In this document: one piece after another, positions 13,801 through 26,247 of the stretch
Layout of the letters: each line of letters begins with the position of its first letter
Position numbering within the stretch: the first letter of the stretch is position 1
Assembly: GCA_051362555.1 (NCBI GenBank)
Contig: CM120645.1
Coordinates: 21,204,001 to 21,268,000, forward strand
DNA: 64,000 nucleotides
Direction: 5' to 3'
Source of the DNA: Lingula anatina
Taxonomy: Eukaryota; Animalia; Brachiopoda
Program-made: the position numbers and the translations under genes
The notes under the pieces: generated by a model
What the model was told of the DNA's origin: nothing
The model's input: only the letters and a program-made list of their open reading frames with translations
The model's database searches: none

Positions 13801-16800
13801 CACTGGCGATGGCGTGAGCTGTGCCGACATTGATGAATGCACTTCGTCTGATTCTGGTGGCTGTGATGTCATTCGTGGGCGTGGTCAGTGTCACAATTAT
13901 CCAGGCACCTACAACTGCAGCTGCCGTACTGGATATCTCTTGGCAGATGATAGACATCTTTGCGATGGTAAGTGGCCTTGACCTTGTTGACAGACTTTTA
14001 GTGTTATGTCTGGAGATTGCCGCATTGTGTTAATATTGCACAAAAAATGAATGAATTGTATCAAATAGATGGCATTTAAGTTTACGATAATATTCACTTT
14101 CAATCAACACCAATGATATTATGGTATGTTGTCTCTTTAGTTTTATAAATGTGCAAATAGCACATAGATGTGTATTATCACTTTTAATAAAATAATATTG
14201 ATATAATAATTGTTTTAATGTCCTTATTTTTTTGTAAGCCATAATTGTAACACCCCACTTTAATTTGAAAATAGATGAAACATTATTGCTTTATTGATAA
14301 TAATTATTTTAAATATTATTATTATTATTATTAAATTTATTATCTCTTTATTTCAGACATCAATGAATGTGATGCCTCTAACCCACAACACGATTGTACC
14401 CAGCTGTGTGTCAACGTTGCTGGTACTTTCCGCTGCGACTGCCAGTCAGGATTTGTCCTGGCCGCAGACCAGAAGAACTGCACACGTAGGTCAAAATTAA
14501 CATTAAAAAACTCATAAAAATTGCTAAGGTCAGCTTTGAATTTGTTAGTTGTGAAGGAGGAAGAGTTCTGCTTTTTATCCAAAAAATAACTGTAAGCAGT
14601 AAATAAGCTGAAATACAGCATTGAAAAAGAAAAAAAAAACACATTATTATTTTGTTTGTCTGTAGGGTTTGCTATTTGATTAAAACTAATTATATTTAAA
14701 ATTCTTTTAACAGACATGACATGTTCAATATCTGTTTGAATTCTGATTGTTCATTTATTTTAATATATTAAAGCAATAATAACTCTTCGTTTCGGCCAAA
14801 AAATGAATTTTCCTGGAGTAAACAACAATTTTCCCATGCATACCAATGGTTAATGAATCCATTTTTACATTCAAAGTTAGTCCCTGGTTTTTTTCTAAAA
14901 AGTTTAGTTTTTTGTTAAAATCTCTTTAGAGATTTTAACAGAGTATAGACATCAATGGAGGTCACGTGGTCTAAAGACAAGTTCAAATATCAGAATAAAA
15001 GCTATAACTGCTGTTTTTATGGTAAAACAGAATATATTATATTTCTATGAGTTATTCACAAGGTTTTTATTGTGAAATATAGGTCTCATAAAAAGAGTTA
15101 TTATGCCTTTAAGCAAAATATTATTTGGATCTTAACCTGTGCAAGATTTAAGACACAAGGTACAATTATACGATGAACAAAAAGACACATTTTCATTTAA
15201 TTGTTTAAAAAAAATTATATTTGATTCCAGTGAAGACCACCTGCTCTGCTGGTCATGGCTGTAGTGATCTGTGTGCAGTGGTCAGTGGTGTTGACACCTG
15301 CTTGTGCCAGAATGATTTCTACAAACTGGACACTGATGGAAAGACTTGTATTGGTAAATATAATACAATGTTTACAATATAGTTCATTGTGGTAGCATAT
15401 TATACAAGAGCACGGAGTCTTGCAGTACCATCACTACAGATTTGCTGTCTTTTGACATGAATATATAAATAAACTTAAATCTTTTACTTAATTTTCTGTT
15501 TTAGATTATTGTTATATATTTTTATTGTCGTTACAGTACTAAATATTTCTTTACATGGAATAAAAATAGGTATTTACTAGGTAATTTGATTTTTTTATTA
15601 TTTCAGACAAGGATGAGTGTACAGAGAGCAACCCATGTATTGGCAGTAACATTCAATGCCTCAACTTGATCGGTGGCTATCAATGCTCATGTACAAATGG
15701 ATACAAACTCAGTGCAAGTGGAGTGGAATGCAAAGGTAGGAAATTAGAAAAAAAATCAAATAATGCTCTCAAATTTTCATATTGCATATCTATCAACTGC
15801 ATTTTTTACCTGTTGGGAATTAAAATTTCACAATGCTTGTTTTGAAATGTTCTGGTGCAATTTATCAATAGAAGTCTCTTATCTCAGTCATATGAGCTTT
15901 TGAACAAAAATAACATGGCGATATAACCTGTGTGACAAGTATATTTTAAATTCTGAACAGATCGTGATGGAGGATTCTCAGCCTGGGGCAACTGGTCTAC
16001 TTGTACAGTAACCTGTGCTGGTGGAACCCAATGGAGGAACCGTTCCTGTACAAACCCAACACAGGTTGGCAATGGCTTGCCTTGCTCTGGAAACGTCACA
16101 CAGACTCAGACTTGCAACACTGAGTACTGCCCATGTAAGTCTTATTTTTTTCTAACAGTGTCTTTTGTTTATAAATTGAAATTATTGTGTGACGAGAGTT
16201 TAAGGCCTGAAATACTGAATACAGTACATGTAAGCATATTTTTCTGAGTGGAAAAGAGATATGGGGCAATGATATTTAGGTTTGAAACAACTTTTTGTTG
16301 AGGCTTTTTCTTTCTGCATTTTCATTGTAATCTAATATTGGCTATATAATCAGTTTGAAAGATTGCATCTCCATTGCTTTTTTTTGGGCATTGTGACATT
16401 GATAAGGTGCTAGTTCATCCAATCTGAAAAACTTGCTATTGCATTTTGTTTCCAGTGAGTGAAACAGAGAACAACTATGGTGTCATTGTGTCTCTGGGCG
16501 GAGTCACAGTGGATCAGGTATGGCATGCTAGTATTTTCTACCCCAACATGATTTAAATAATTATATATCCCCTACCCTGAGTAGTATAAGAATTTTAAAG
16601 GCTTTGATGACAAACACACAATATAGGTTTATTGATTAATATATGACCAGCTGATAATAATTTGAAAAGTGGAATCAATCAGTAATGCTTCAGATAATTG
16701 TTTCAAGTTTGTTTTGGTATCCTAGTTAGGTGATTTATTGGTAAATATTGGTAATAATTTGAAGAATGGAATAAACCAGTAATGTTTCTGACAAATAGTT

Positions 16801-19800
16801 ATATATAATTTGAAAAGTGGAATCAATCAGTAATGCTTCAGATAATTGTTTCAAGTTTGTTTTGGTATCCTAGTTAGGTGATTTATTGGTAAATATTGGT
16901 AATAATTTGAAGAATGGAATAAACCAGTAATGTTTCTGACAATCAGTTGTGTTTCAAATATGTTTTGTTTTGATATCCTAGTGTACATAATTTAATCAAA
17001 TGCATTGTATGGGGTACACTATGAAATGCGATAACAGTAATTTACGTATGTCACATACAAACCATTTTCACAGGTGACAGCCATCAAGGACCATATTGTT
17101 AATGTCATTGTTGGAGCCCTGAATGACCACTGTAAACAACCATCCGAGTACAGTACCTGTTGCCCCAACAGTGGGTCTCTGTGAGTATAATTCATACGTG
17201 ACAGCTTAAAAAATTTCTTATATTCACCGAAGTGGACATATAATCTGATGATTGATGTGACACAAAGCTTTATATGTTACAATTACAATTTTGTACTTGC
17301 ATGGTTGTATTTTTTATTAAAATTAAATTGTTACTTTAAAGAAATCAGTTAACGTTCAATATGTGCATTTCATGATCTGACTAAATTATTCTGTACAATA
17401 CAATATATATAATATGTAATATCAGAAGTGATAAATTTATACAACCCATCTGACCTTGACATCAGCTTAATATGTCCAATGAAATATTTTCCAGTATCGT
17501 CAGTGACAATATCACCTTGACCTTCACCAACAACACCTATGTACAGATCGGAGGCGATTATCCTCGTGTCAATCCACTGGATTCCACGCTGACAGACCTT
17601 CTGATTGTGGCCAAATCACCAAAGGACAATGACCTTTGTGCTGCGGGCAACGCCTCAACGTCTGTAGTAGTCAGTGGAAGAAAGAAGAGAGCTGGTAAGT
17701 GGCGAATTGCTGGTGCTGCCATCTGTGAACTTAAACGCAGGTTGATTCAAACAGTTTAGAATTATTCATTGTACAGTTATAATATAAGGTACTGGCAACA
17801 TTACACTGATGGAATGGAATAAAAAATGTAGGTACGTGTAGAGCCTTGTTCACATAAAATATTCCTGGAGTTGAATAATTTATTTTTCATTCATATTTTC
17901 TTTAGGGTACTTATAGTAGGTCTGTTGCATGTATGCACATGCAGTCATGGTTATCTTTCTGTGACTCTGTTTATATTTAATCATTAGATTCAATTACAAT
18001 TATCACAATGATAAATTTCAAGTTTTACCCCACATTTTAGTTATATGCCATCTCTATGAATTTTGACCGAAGCCAGGATTCTTACAATATAAATTTAAGT
18101 AAAGGTGAATATTGGTTACAGCGATGTTGATATTCTATAATTTCTCTTTTCAGTGAACTTTGACCCATCCTCAGAGTTTGTTATTGACCAGTCCACCTTC
18201 CAGTCCATAGTGCTGAACAGCGCAGTGTATGTATATTTTAATTTCTGTGCCACAGCAGTCGACATAACATCAACATTAATGGTACTATAATAATGTTACT
18301 ATAATAAGTTTTTCTAATGAGATGAGAATCAAAGTACCAACTGTTGCTTTCAACGTGGGGTCTACTGCTTGCAGAAAACATTGTAGTGGGGTAATTTACT
18401 AGTTTACCAAAAGCGCACAAAGTACAAAATATGTAATAACCATTCACTTGCTTTATTTTCAACTTCTGGTGCATGCACACAATAGCAATAAAATTATTCG
18501 CAACATTTTAGGTCTTCTTCCATTGTCTCTGTGGTGGCATCAGCATACCCGTCTGCAAACATCACCTTAGGTGTGGTGACACCTGCGGACCAAACCACCA
18601 TGGCACCCGTAAGACATTTTATTCTATATATTTTAATTAATGAATGCATATAATTAATAATATATAAATTATATCAACCTTAGTCAAAGTCACTTATTGT
18701 ATTATGCAACATCCATCAATCAATCCTTTTAATATAAGTAAGCATATTATGTAGATATAAATACTTATTAAAATGAATAAGTTAATTAATTAATTAATTA
18801 ACAGTTAATTTATTATTTATATTTAAAGAATACCATAGTGTTGCATTCGATAATTATACTAGATAATGAAATTTGGTAACCATGCATGACTATAGATTCT
18901 TTTTGCATTTTGCAAATTAAATATAGGAGAAAAGAACTCATATTTATCCTCTCCAATATTACATCTACATTTGTTTCAAAATAAATGCTCACTGAGGAAT
19001 TCTTCATTCATTTTTTCATCTTCTGTTGCAGACGACAGCGGCATCAAACACCACCCAGGCTCTTCCTGTCTCCACTGCCACTGACATGACTTGGGCCATC
19101 ATCCTAGGCACAGTGTTGCCCATTATCGTGGTCATTGTTGTAGTGGCGGTTGTTGTTCTGGTCGTGCTGAAGTGAGTTATAGTTTTTGTTTTGCTTGTTA
19201 TATGTTTGCTTCACCTTATTCATGGCATGACCAAAGAGAAACAGTCTCAGATGTACATGTAGAGATATGTTTTGGTTTTTGTATTATTTCAAGCTTATTA
19301 TTTTCTAATTAATACTTGAAGCATATTTTCTTCAAAGGTTTTAATAATAATAATATATCCATTATGAAAACATTTGAAGGAAAAAGGAATTGTTCTTAAA
19401 TTAATAATAAGAATATTATATAACAATTATTTATATTTCAGGGGCAAAGGTAAAAAGGTCGAGCCACAAGACGGCTACAGTCCCAACAGTGGAACCGTAC
19501 GACCCATGTCCTATCACAGAGATCCTACAGGATTCACTCTGCAGTCAGGACCAGACTCTACATTTGTCGATCCAGAAGCTCAGAAAAATTCTCGCCCATC
19601 CTCTGAAGGAAGCACATCCAGGTCCATAGAAAACGAGCGCCCATTCTCCAATGGAGGTTCTCTCACACCTAGAAAGGCAGAGGAAGAGGAGCGTCCCGTT
19701 TCCAGAAACTCCAGTCGTAATGAGGTCACTGTAGGTCTCGGAGGATCTGCTGTTCAGTCTTCCTCGCGTCCACATACCCCTGAGCGCAACATGGTAACAC

Positions 19801-19868
19801 CTGTGATGCCAGTTGATGCTAATGACGTACCTGGACCTGCAGTGTACAACCTGCCTGCAGCCGAGTAA
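1..19868 (+). CDS. Mucin-4-like / fibrillin-like type I membrane protein (NIDO-AMOP-VWD-cadherin-like-~20 EGF-TSP1-juxtamembrane module-TM-Ser/Pro-rich tail); 5' end lies before the window
   Basis: Phase-consistent GT-AG exons: <1-80, 419-610, 921-1094, 1655-1765, 2135-2399 (NIDO: [16 protein letters not shown]); 2676-3020 (AMOP: CP..CY..RCCYD..CC..C..Y..RRP); 3386-3634, 4035-4232, 4577-4687, 4929-5019, 5173-5357 (VWD: [23 protein letters not shown]); 5560-5703, 5920-6065 (cadherin-like: [20 protein letters not shown]); 6392-6623, 6887-7009, 7273-7401, 7699-7821, 8233-8355, 8751-8891, 9439-9570, 9977-10126, 10533-10661, 10905-11030, 11458-11589, 11958-12077, 12637-12777, 13277-13399, 13701-13967, 14357-14485, 15231-15353, 15607-15735 (EGF/cbEGF, D-[IV]-[DN]-EC); 15961-16134 (TSP1: [17 protein letters not shown]); 16456-16517, 17074-17180, 17495-17694, 18154-18226, 18512-18608; 19032-19171 ([28 protein letters not shown]); 19442-19868 (tail, TAA). 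AATAAA near 21856. Confidence 0.9.
1396..1622 (+). repeat. 61-bp minisatellite, about 3.7 copies, intronic
   Basis: Unit AGATTTTGTAAA..GTACATTCCAGGTAACTGTATTGGTACATATTGGTTT starts at 1396, 1457, 1518 and 1579. Confidence 0.95.
9140..9308. mobile_element. MITE family A (CAGGGGCGGAT...ATCCGCCCCTG termini, 5-bp TSD; hAT-like)
   Basis: Perfect 11-bp TIR; TSD GAATG at 9135-9139 and 9309-9313; near-identical copy at 42955-43122 and a terminal fragment near 53087-53120. Confidence 0.85.
9590..9810. repeat. Degenerate (GATT/GGTT)n tetranucleotide tract
   Basis: Direct reading of the intron sequence. Confidence 0.85.
14768..15112. mobile_element. MITE family B flanked by TTAA (Kolobok-like)
   Basis: TTAA-AGCAATAATAACTC...GAGTTATTATGCCT-TTAA; reverse-complement copies at 37130-37474 and 29762-30240. 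TTAA target with AG..CT ends fits Kolobok better than piggyBac (inference). Confidence 0.75.
16657..16942 (+). repeat. Intronic tandem duplication, period about 148 bp, 2 copies
   Basis: ATAATTTGAAAAGTGGAATCAATCAG...GTTTCTGACAA repeated essentially exactly at 16657 and 16805. Confidence 0.95.
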
Positions 19869-20849
19869 AATTTCCTATGACGATGACTATATATATATAT
19901 ATATATTATATATACACACACACACATGCGAGTGTGAATTAACAAAGCAAGTGTGCGTTATGCTGTGATGTAGAGGAAACGGATATCTCATATATACATG
20001 TACATGTACACCCGTCACAGACTACACACTGTGTTGGGTCAGTGTCAGCCTGTAGGCAACACTGAGCCATCTTAATGTGCAGTCTGGAGACCTATTGTGA
20101 TCTTGTAATTGTAACCTATAACTGTGTGCTCTGTGTGTTGTGACATTTTAGTCTCTATATAATGTAGCTATCAGACTGCCAAGTATCTTAATAATGTATA
20201 TACATACATACATATCACACACATCTACACATGATATTTAGAACAACCAAGTGACCATGCAGACTTTACTGGTGTGAAATTGATGCCTTTTTGATCACCT
20301 TAATAATGTGCTTCCAGACTCTCGAGGGATTTTCAGCAAATCTGATTCCAGGATCTGTCACAGAGATTACAAAACTGTATCCAAATGTGTGGTTAACATA
20401 TATATCACTGGTTTGATAAAACCATCATATTGGAACTTAAAATTGGCCGTGAAGATGGCAAATTGAATGTAATCTGCCTCAAAGGTGATGCATGGTTCAA
20501 GTATATTTACTCTCTGTCCAAATTCCGTCCACCTGATCTTTACTTTTTGATATTGAGCTTTTTAGTATACAATGGCTGGCCACTTCGTATATGCATTTTG
20601 ATACTATCTTGTTTAATGCCAATTGTGGCGAATTTTGAGATATATAGATTACTGTTACTAGTTTTTATCTGTGAAATATAAGTCAAAAGCAGTAACCAAA
20701 GCTATATGTATTGCCAGTTGTATGAATATGTTGGGAATACACCAGACTGTGATTGTTCAAGAATTGAGTAATGATAATTCTTAGTTATGTATGCCATATC
20801 CATTTGTATAGCTTCCAACACCAATGTATTTACTTTTCATGTATGCTTA

Positions 20850-21064
20850 GACCCCATTTCCAGAGATTAGATCGATCTACTTTAGATCGACCTAACTCCC
20901 TGGGGGTTCACGCTAAATAGCTGTAAGCCAAGCAGACACGAAAGTTAATTACCCCCTTACAGCTTGTAGTAGGCGGGACAGACTTTTAGGCCGGATTATC
21001 TGACAGTAATCTAGTGAGACTCCCCGTGTGGATAGATCGATCTAAAAGCTCTGGGAATACAGCC
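20850..21064. mobile_element. MITE family C, Tourist/PIF-Harbinger-like (TTA/TAA TSD), in the likely 3' UTR of the mucin-like gene
   Basis: TTA flanks at 20847-20849 and 21065-21067; imperfect TIR with subterminal TAGATCGATCTA palindromes; copies at 42214-42427 (TAA flanks) and 56080-56305 (TTA flanks). Confidence 0.85.
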
Positions 21065-22591
21065 TTAGCGTGTCATTTTTGACAGCTTTCTTTTACTGCA
21101 CCATACATTTAGAATTTCATGCATAAACACAAAATGACATCAAAAAAATTTCTAAACCAAAAAAAAAAAAACTTGTTAACTGTGCAGTTTTACATTTTAG
21201 AAATGATTTACTTTTTACCAGCATTATTCTTATTTGTACGTTTACCTGTATTGTACGTTTATCTGTTGTTACTTAAATGTATATTTTAACCGGATTACAG
21301 TATTTTTCTTGTAAAATTATATTATGGGGAACATTCTAACCAAGCTTTTGGTACATAAAGTCAGTGGAAATTGTTCAGTTTGTTAAATGTACTTCCAACA
21401 CAAAGTTCCCCTTATTTGGATGACAAAGAGTGTGTTTCTAAGTTGTGGATTTTAGAGCAAAAAAATTCAAGTTCATGTCTCTTAAAGGCAGAAATATTAC
21501 TTTTCATAATTTATGTAAAACAATTAAACACCAAGAAAAATTTAGTACAAAATGGTTTTGGAACATAAGTTTATCTTATAAAAATTATTTCAAACAAAAA
21601 GGTGAATTTAGTCCTTTCTCAGGGGAGTTCCTTCTCATAGTTTTTCCGCGGTTATGGAAATGTTAAATCACAATTAAGTGCAGTATTTGCAAGCATTGCA
21701 ACATGGTTAAATAAGAAGTGTTATGTCACCTGCATGAAGTAATATTAATGAATTAAAGAAGTTTATGATTGTTAATATCTAAATGGAATTTATTCCTGTG
21801 ATAATATTATTTCATACCGCTAAAGAAATTATTCCCAGTGATTATAAATTTTTTCAATAAACTTGGAACTTGATATGGTGTCTTAGGTGTTTTCTTTCAT
21901 TGAGACTTGTGTCAGGCGAAGAATCAATATGAATAGTTTGTGTATTTTATATATTAGTATACTAGTACAGGTACATACGGGAAGCATATTTTAACTGGGG
22001 GGGTGGGGGGGGTGGGGGTGGGGGGCTTGGCCAATCATTTGAGGCTAATCATTCAAACAAAAAAGAAACGAGAAGTAGGCCCTACCGGTAAGGGACAAAA
22101 GGGCTGAGACTGGTACTTGGGTGTGGGTGTTTTTAACAATCGACTACCAGTCACATACATGTAGTTGCTCTTAATTTGCCATCAAAAGACAAAAATCTTT
22201 CAAATAATCACAAAACCGACTGACTTAATTTACCGCTACATTTTGTAAGTTAATACATAATTAAAACATTAAGGTAAAAAATGGATTTTCTCTTCACGTT
22301 TACAATGTGGCATGTTTGCATAAAAACCTGATGGTCTTTGTTACTGCATGTATGTAGATTGGCTATCTTTTCTTTTCCAACACAACCCTTATGTCTATTA
22401 AATAGGTTTCAAAATTGGTAGGACTGACCAATTGATACGAAGTATAGTGGCTAATATAATGTAATCGTTTTTGTCATTATGATTATTGCAAAATCCCAAA
22501 TACAATTCCTGGATAGGGATTCGTTGCGCCTTATCCTAAAATATGTTTAAATCAAAAATCGAATTTTCTGTACAGAAAGACGTTGAACTGT

Positions 22592-22722
22592 CAAGCCCGT
22601 AGCCAGGGGGTTCGGGGGGGGGGGGGGGTCGAAACAACAGCCATTTTTGTCAGGAAAAGGGACATTGTGGGTAAAATTTGATCTAAGTACAAAGAGGTTT
22701 CATTGTAAAAGGTCCACTGTTT

Positions 22723-22768
<46 letters not shown>

Positions 22769-22795
22769 CCTTTTGAAATTGCTGGCTACGGGTCC
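22592..22795. mobile_element. MITE family D (CA.GCCCGTAGCCA...TGGCTACGGG termini)
   Basis: TIR present; internal segment is the reverse complement of 47931-48035. Confidence 0.7.
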
Positions 22796-25735
22796 CGATG
22801 TATATCATTATGTAAATCAGGTGAGCATTTTGGTGAGAGGTGTTCACATGGGACTGAGGTCAGTAAATGATGGAGAAGAAAGAAGCCTACCATGTGCTAC
22901 GCTGCTACAATTTCCAAGGCCGAAAAATTTATACTAGAATGGCTGCATTCTGTTGTAAGTACTGTACAAGACAATGTAAGATAACGGTGTTTAATGTTGA
23001 CAGTATTTACCCAAAATGGCGCGTTTGTAAACCATGGAAACATGCAGGCGCGAACGCTACCTACCTGTATAACTTATGATGGATCTCGACAAAATACTTA
23101 TCCAAGCGCCTCTCCTCTGGGCTCTTCTGCGTCCGTTTCGTTGGTTCTGTGGTGTTATTTTAACTGCGTTTATGCCCCTGGAAGGCGGGGATTCATCGTA
23201 TTTATATGGAATTTGTAGGTTTCATACCATCTTGTACTTTTTCTCGGAAGAAGTTCGATCTATTTTTCATTCACAGACTTGCGGGTGCCTAGTAAGGCTT
23301 CCCTGTCAAAATTCAGTGATGCTTTAAATTGAAAACTTTCCTTTAAAAGCCCACCTTCAGCTTGAAGTTTAAATGGTCTATTTTTCGGTTATAATTTCAG
23401 AAGGAAAACTTTTGCCAATAAAGAAGCAGGGTATAAAGAAAGACTTATTCCAGCTGTCCGAAATGCGTCACCCCTTCTTGAAGGTAGGAACCTTCACTCG
23501 TACAAGGTAACTCCTTGCTGAAGACAACCTTTTATTATTTTAAGTAGCAAAAACACCCCGTTTCTTACAATAGCCTGTCAAAATCTAATTATCTACAAGA
23601 CTGCCGAGACAACGTAAGTAAATATTTGCAAGGTATAGTGTAACTCCATGTTCATGATTCCATGTACCGTCCGTTCTTTGATATTACAATCTTTAACGTC
23701 ATAAAATGTTTACCTAATCCTTACACTGCTTGGGTTCCAAAATATATGTAATCCGCCTTGGTGCGTTAGATTAAGTAATTGTTAATAAATATAAATATAT
23801 AATACCATGTACTGAAATGGGCTGCTGTAATGATTATATTTTGCTTTATCGAATCCTTAGTCTTCGCTTCATGAATTTCGTCGTTTTATTTGAATTTATT
23901 CGTTTGATTTCAGCGTTTCTTACAATGTACCTACGGTACCTTTTAGGTACCCTCTACCAGGGCGACTGATAGATTTTTACGGATATTCACAGATATGTCT
24001 CTAGCTAGATAGATTGTCATTTTAAGCTCCAAGTCACTTGGAGGAGACTGAATGTGACGTCCACCAAGGGCCTCAGATTCGTGTTCGTATGGACCGCAAC
24101 CATGGCAAAGTTGTCCCTTATGCCGAAGTTTGTCTTCTATTCAAGTTTGTTGCAAGGTTGACATGTAAAACGGGATAGTACGTTTGCTTGCATCAAAACG
24201 TGCAACAAAGGATGTATGGGGAAATCTGCAATAAGACACCCCTCTGTGCACTTATAAATGTAATTTTGTTCATTTTAAATTAAATTCGATCATAAGTTCT
24301 GATGAAGTTTATTTTTGGGTAGGGAAAAGTCGCAACTCCATAATGCAAAATTCACACAAAAACTTTGGCAAGATACGTATATTGTGTTCAACTAAAGAAG
24401 ATAACGAGATGTGAATCTACCATCATTTAGAAACGCTGTTACCTAAATTATAACACTTAAAAAGTACAGCATTGTAATACCAAAATCATGTGCCCACGTT
24501 CTTGCAGAATTGACCACGCGTCTTGAAACTATCTCCCTAGAAATGTGAATATGCTATTATTCTATTAGGTTTTGTAAGAGTTAACTTTGTGTTGGCATGT
24601 TGATTGGTAACCTCCATATAATTATATATTGGTGCTGGGAAGGAGTAGACTATAAGGTTTGTTTTTAAGAAAATGAAACGTAGTTGAGCTAGAGATTTTT
24701 TTCGAAAATTATATGTATTTGTTATTAAAATTGGAGAATATGTCTAACGTATATAACGAAAAAAAAAGCATTCCTGCTTGGGCTACCAAAATCTTCCCGA
24801 ACTCAATTTACGCGTTGTTCACAAAGTTTAGTCAGTGTCACAAATTTGGAAGACGGTTTATGTTCACCAAGAAAATATAGTGATTTATATTACTTTTTTG
24901 TTAATTTGAGGGTCTATGTAGGATTGTCATTTATAATAACTTTTTTACATTCAAATTTCTTTCCCAAATTGAAATGCATTACTTCAGCCGTCACAAAATT
25001 AATTCCTTTGTGTAGATATGTTTATCTATTTCAGTATAGTGTGAATCAATTTGATAGATAACTTATGTACTGGTACACCTATTCAAATATGAAAATCGAT
25101 ACTTTATCAAAAATGTATAAAAATGCTATGAAATTTTCGAGTGAAAAGTTTGACCAAAGCATTGCAGGTTAGCCCTCTAATTAAGGTGTTGCTTGTACCC
25201 AGTGCGTAGTCAAGAAGAAAAAAGGCCGAATTAGATGCCAGTCCTACACGCTCTGTCTCTTGATTCAGACTTGAACCAAGTTCATTTGCATTTTCTGAAT
25301 GTTTCAAGTTATTTCAGGTGAACTGATTTAGTTTTGCGTAAATGTAACATTTTCAACTCTATTTGTATATTATTCTTTAAAACGCTGTAACTAGGATAAA
25401 CTTGTAAATGCTCAAGCATACTTTGAAATAGATGATGTTACGGAAATATTTATTAACGTAGAACAAAAAATACAATTAGATGTAGTTAATTTTTTGTGAA
25501 AGCAAGTAGCCTAGTCTGTTATTGTTCCAATTCATTCAGATAAGAATAAATTCTTGTATGTTATACTGGTTTCAAAATGAGAAAATTTGTGTTTTAAAAG
25601 TCTTTTTTGTCTCTACTCAAACCCCTCATAACCCACTTTTTTACGTAGTGATCAGCACAATTTTCTTGGCTTTTTCAGATCGTAGATTCTTCTCGTAGTA
25701 CGTCAAATTGATTTTTTGTAAAAGGTAATTTGCTT

Positions 25736-25825
25736 AGACCCAGGAGCGCACGGAATCGAACCCGCGATCTTTGGACTCCGAGGCAAGCGCACTATCCACT
25801 GCACTAAATGTTCCCACCCACCCTC
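25736..25825 (-). mobile_element. tRNA-derived SINE head / degenerate tRNA-like sequence
   Basis: Minus strand has A-box-like TAGTGCAGTGG and B-box GGTTCGATTCC at tRNA spacing, but acceptor, D and anticodon stems do not pair; a second B-box remnant lies near 25915-25950. Confidence 0.55.
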
Positions 25826-26207
25826 CATCGGCGAACTTTCTTCTTATAGTAACGAGAGGGAAATTCGAAAATTCTCTCTTAAAATGTATCAAGTAATTTT
25901 CACTCACCCAACCCAGGAATCGAACCCCAAACCCAGATGACCACAGAGCCAATAAAAACACAGACATCTTGTATATATTTGGAAAGTTTTTTATTACAGC
26001 AGCACAAACTTTCATTTATGTATTCATTCAATTTTAAAGCATTTACCAGCTCAATTTCATTTTATGATTTTTTGAAACAAGTTTAAACTGTACGCTGTAA
26101 GGGGCAATTACTGATATCCGCATTAAGACTCATACAGCTATTGCTTAATCACATTTATATATGACAAAGTATTTCAGCAATGGCAAGGACATCTTTACAG
26201 TTTCGTT

Positions 26208-26247
<40 letters not shown>

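Noticed and set aside
25736-25825. Functional tRNA gene
   Set aside because: A and B boxes are present but the cloverleaf stems do not pair; better explained as a SINE head.
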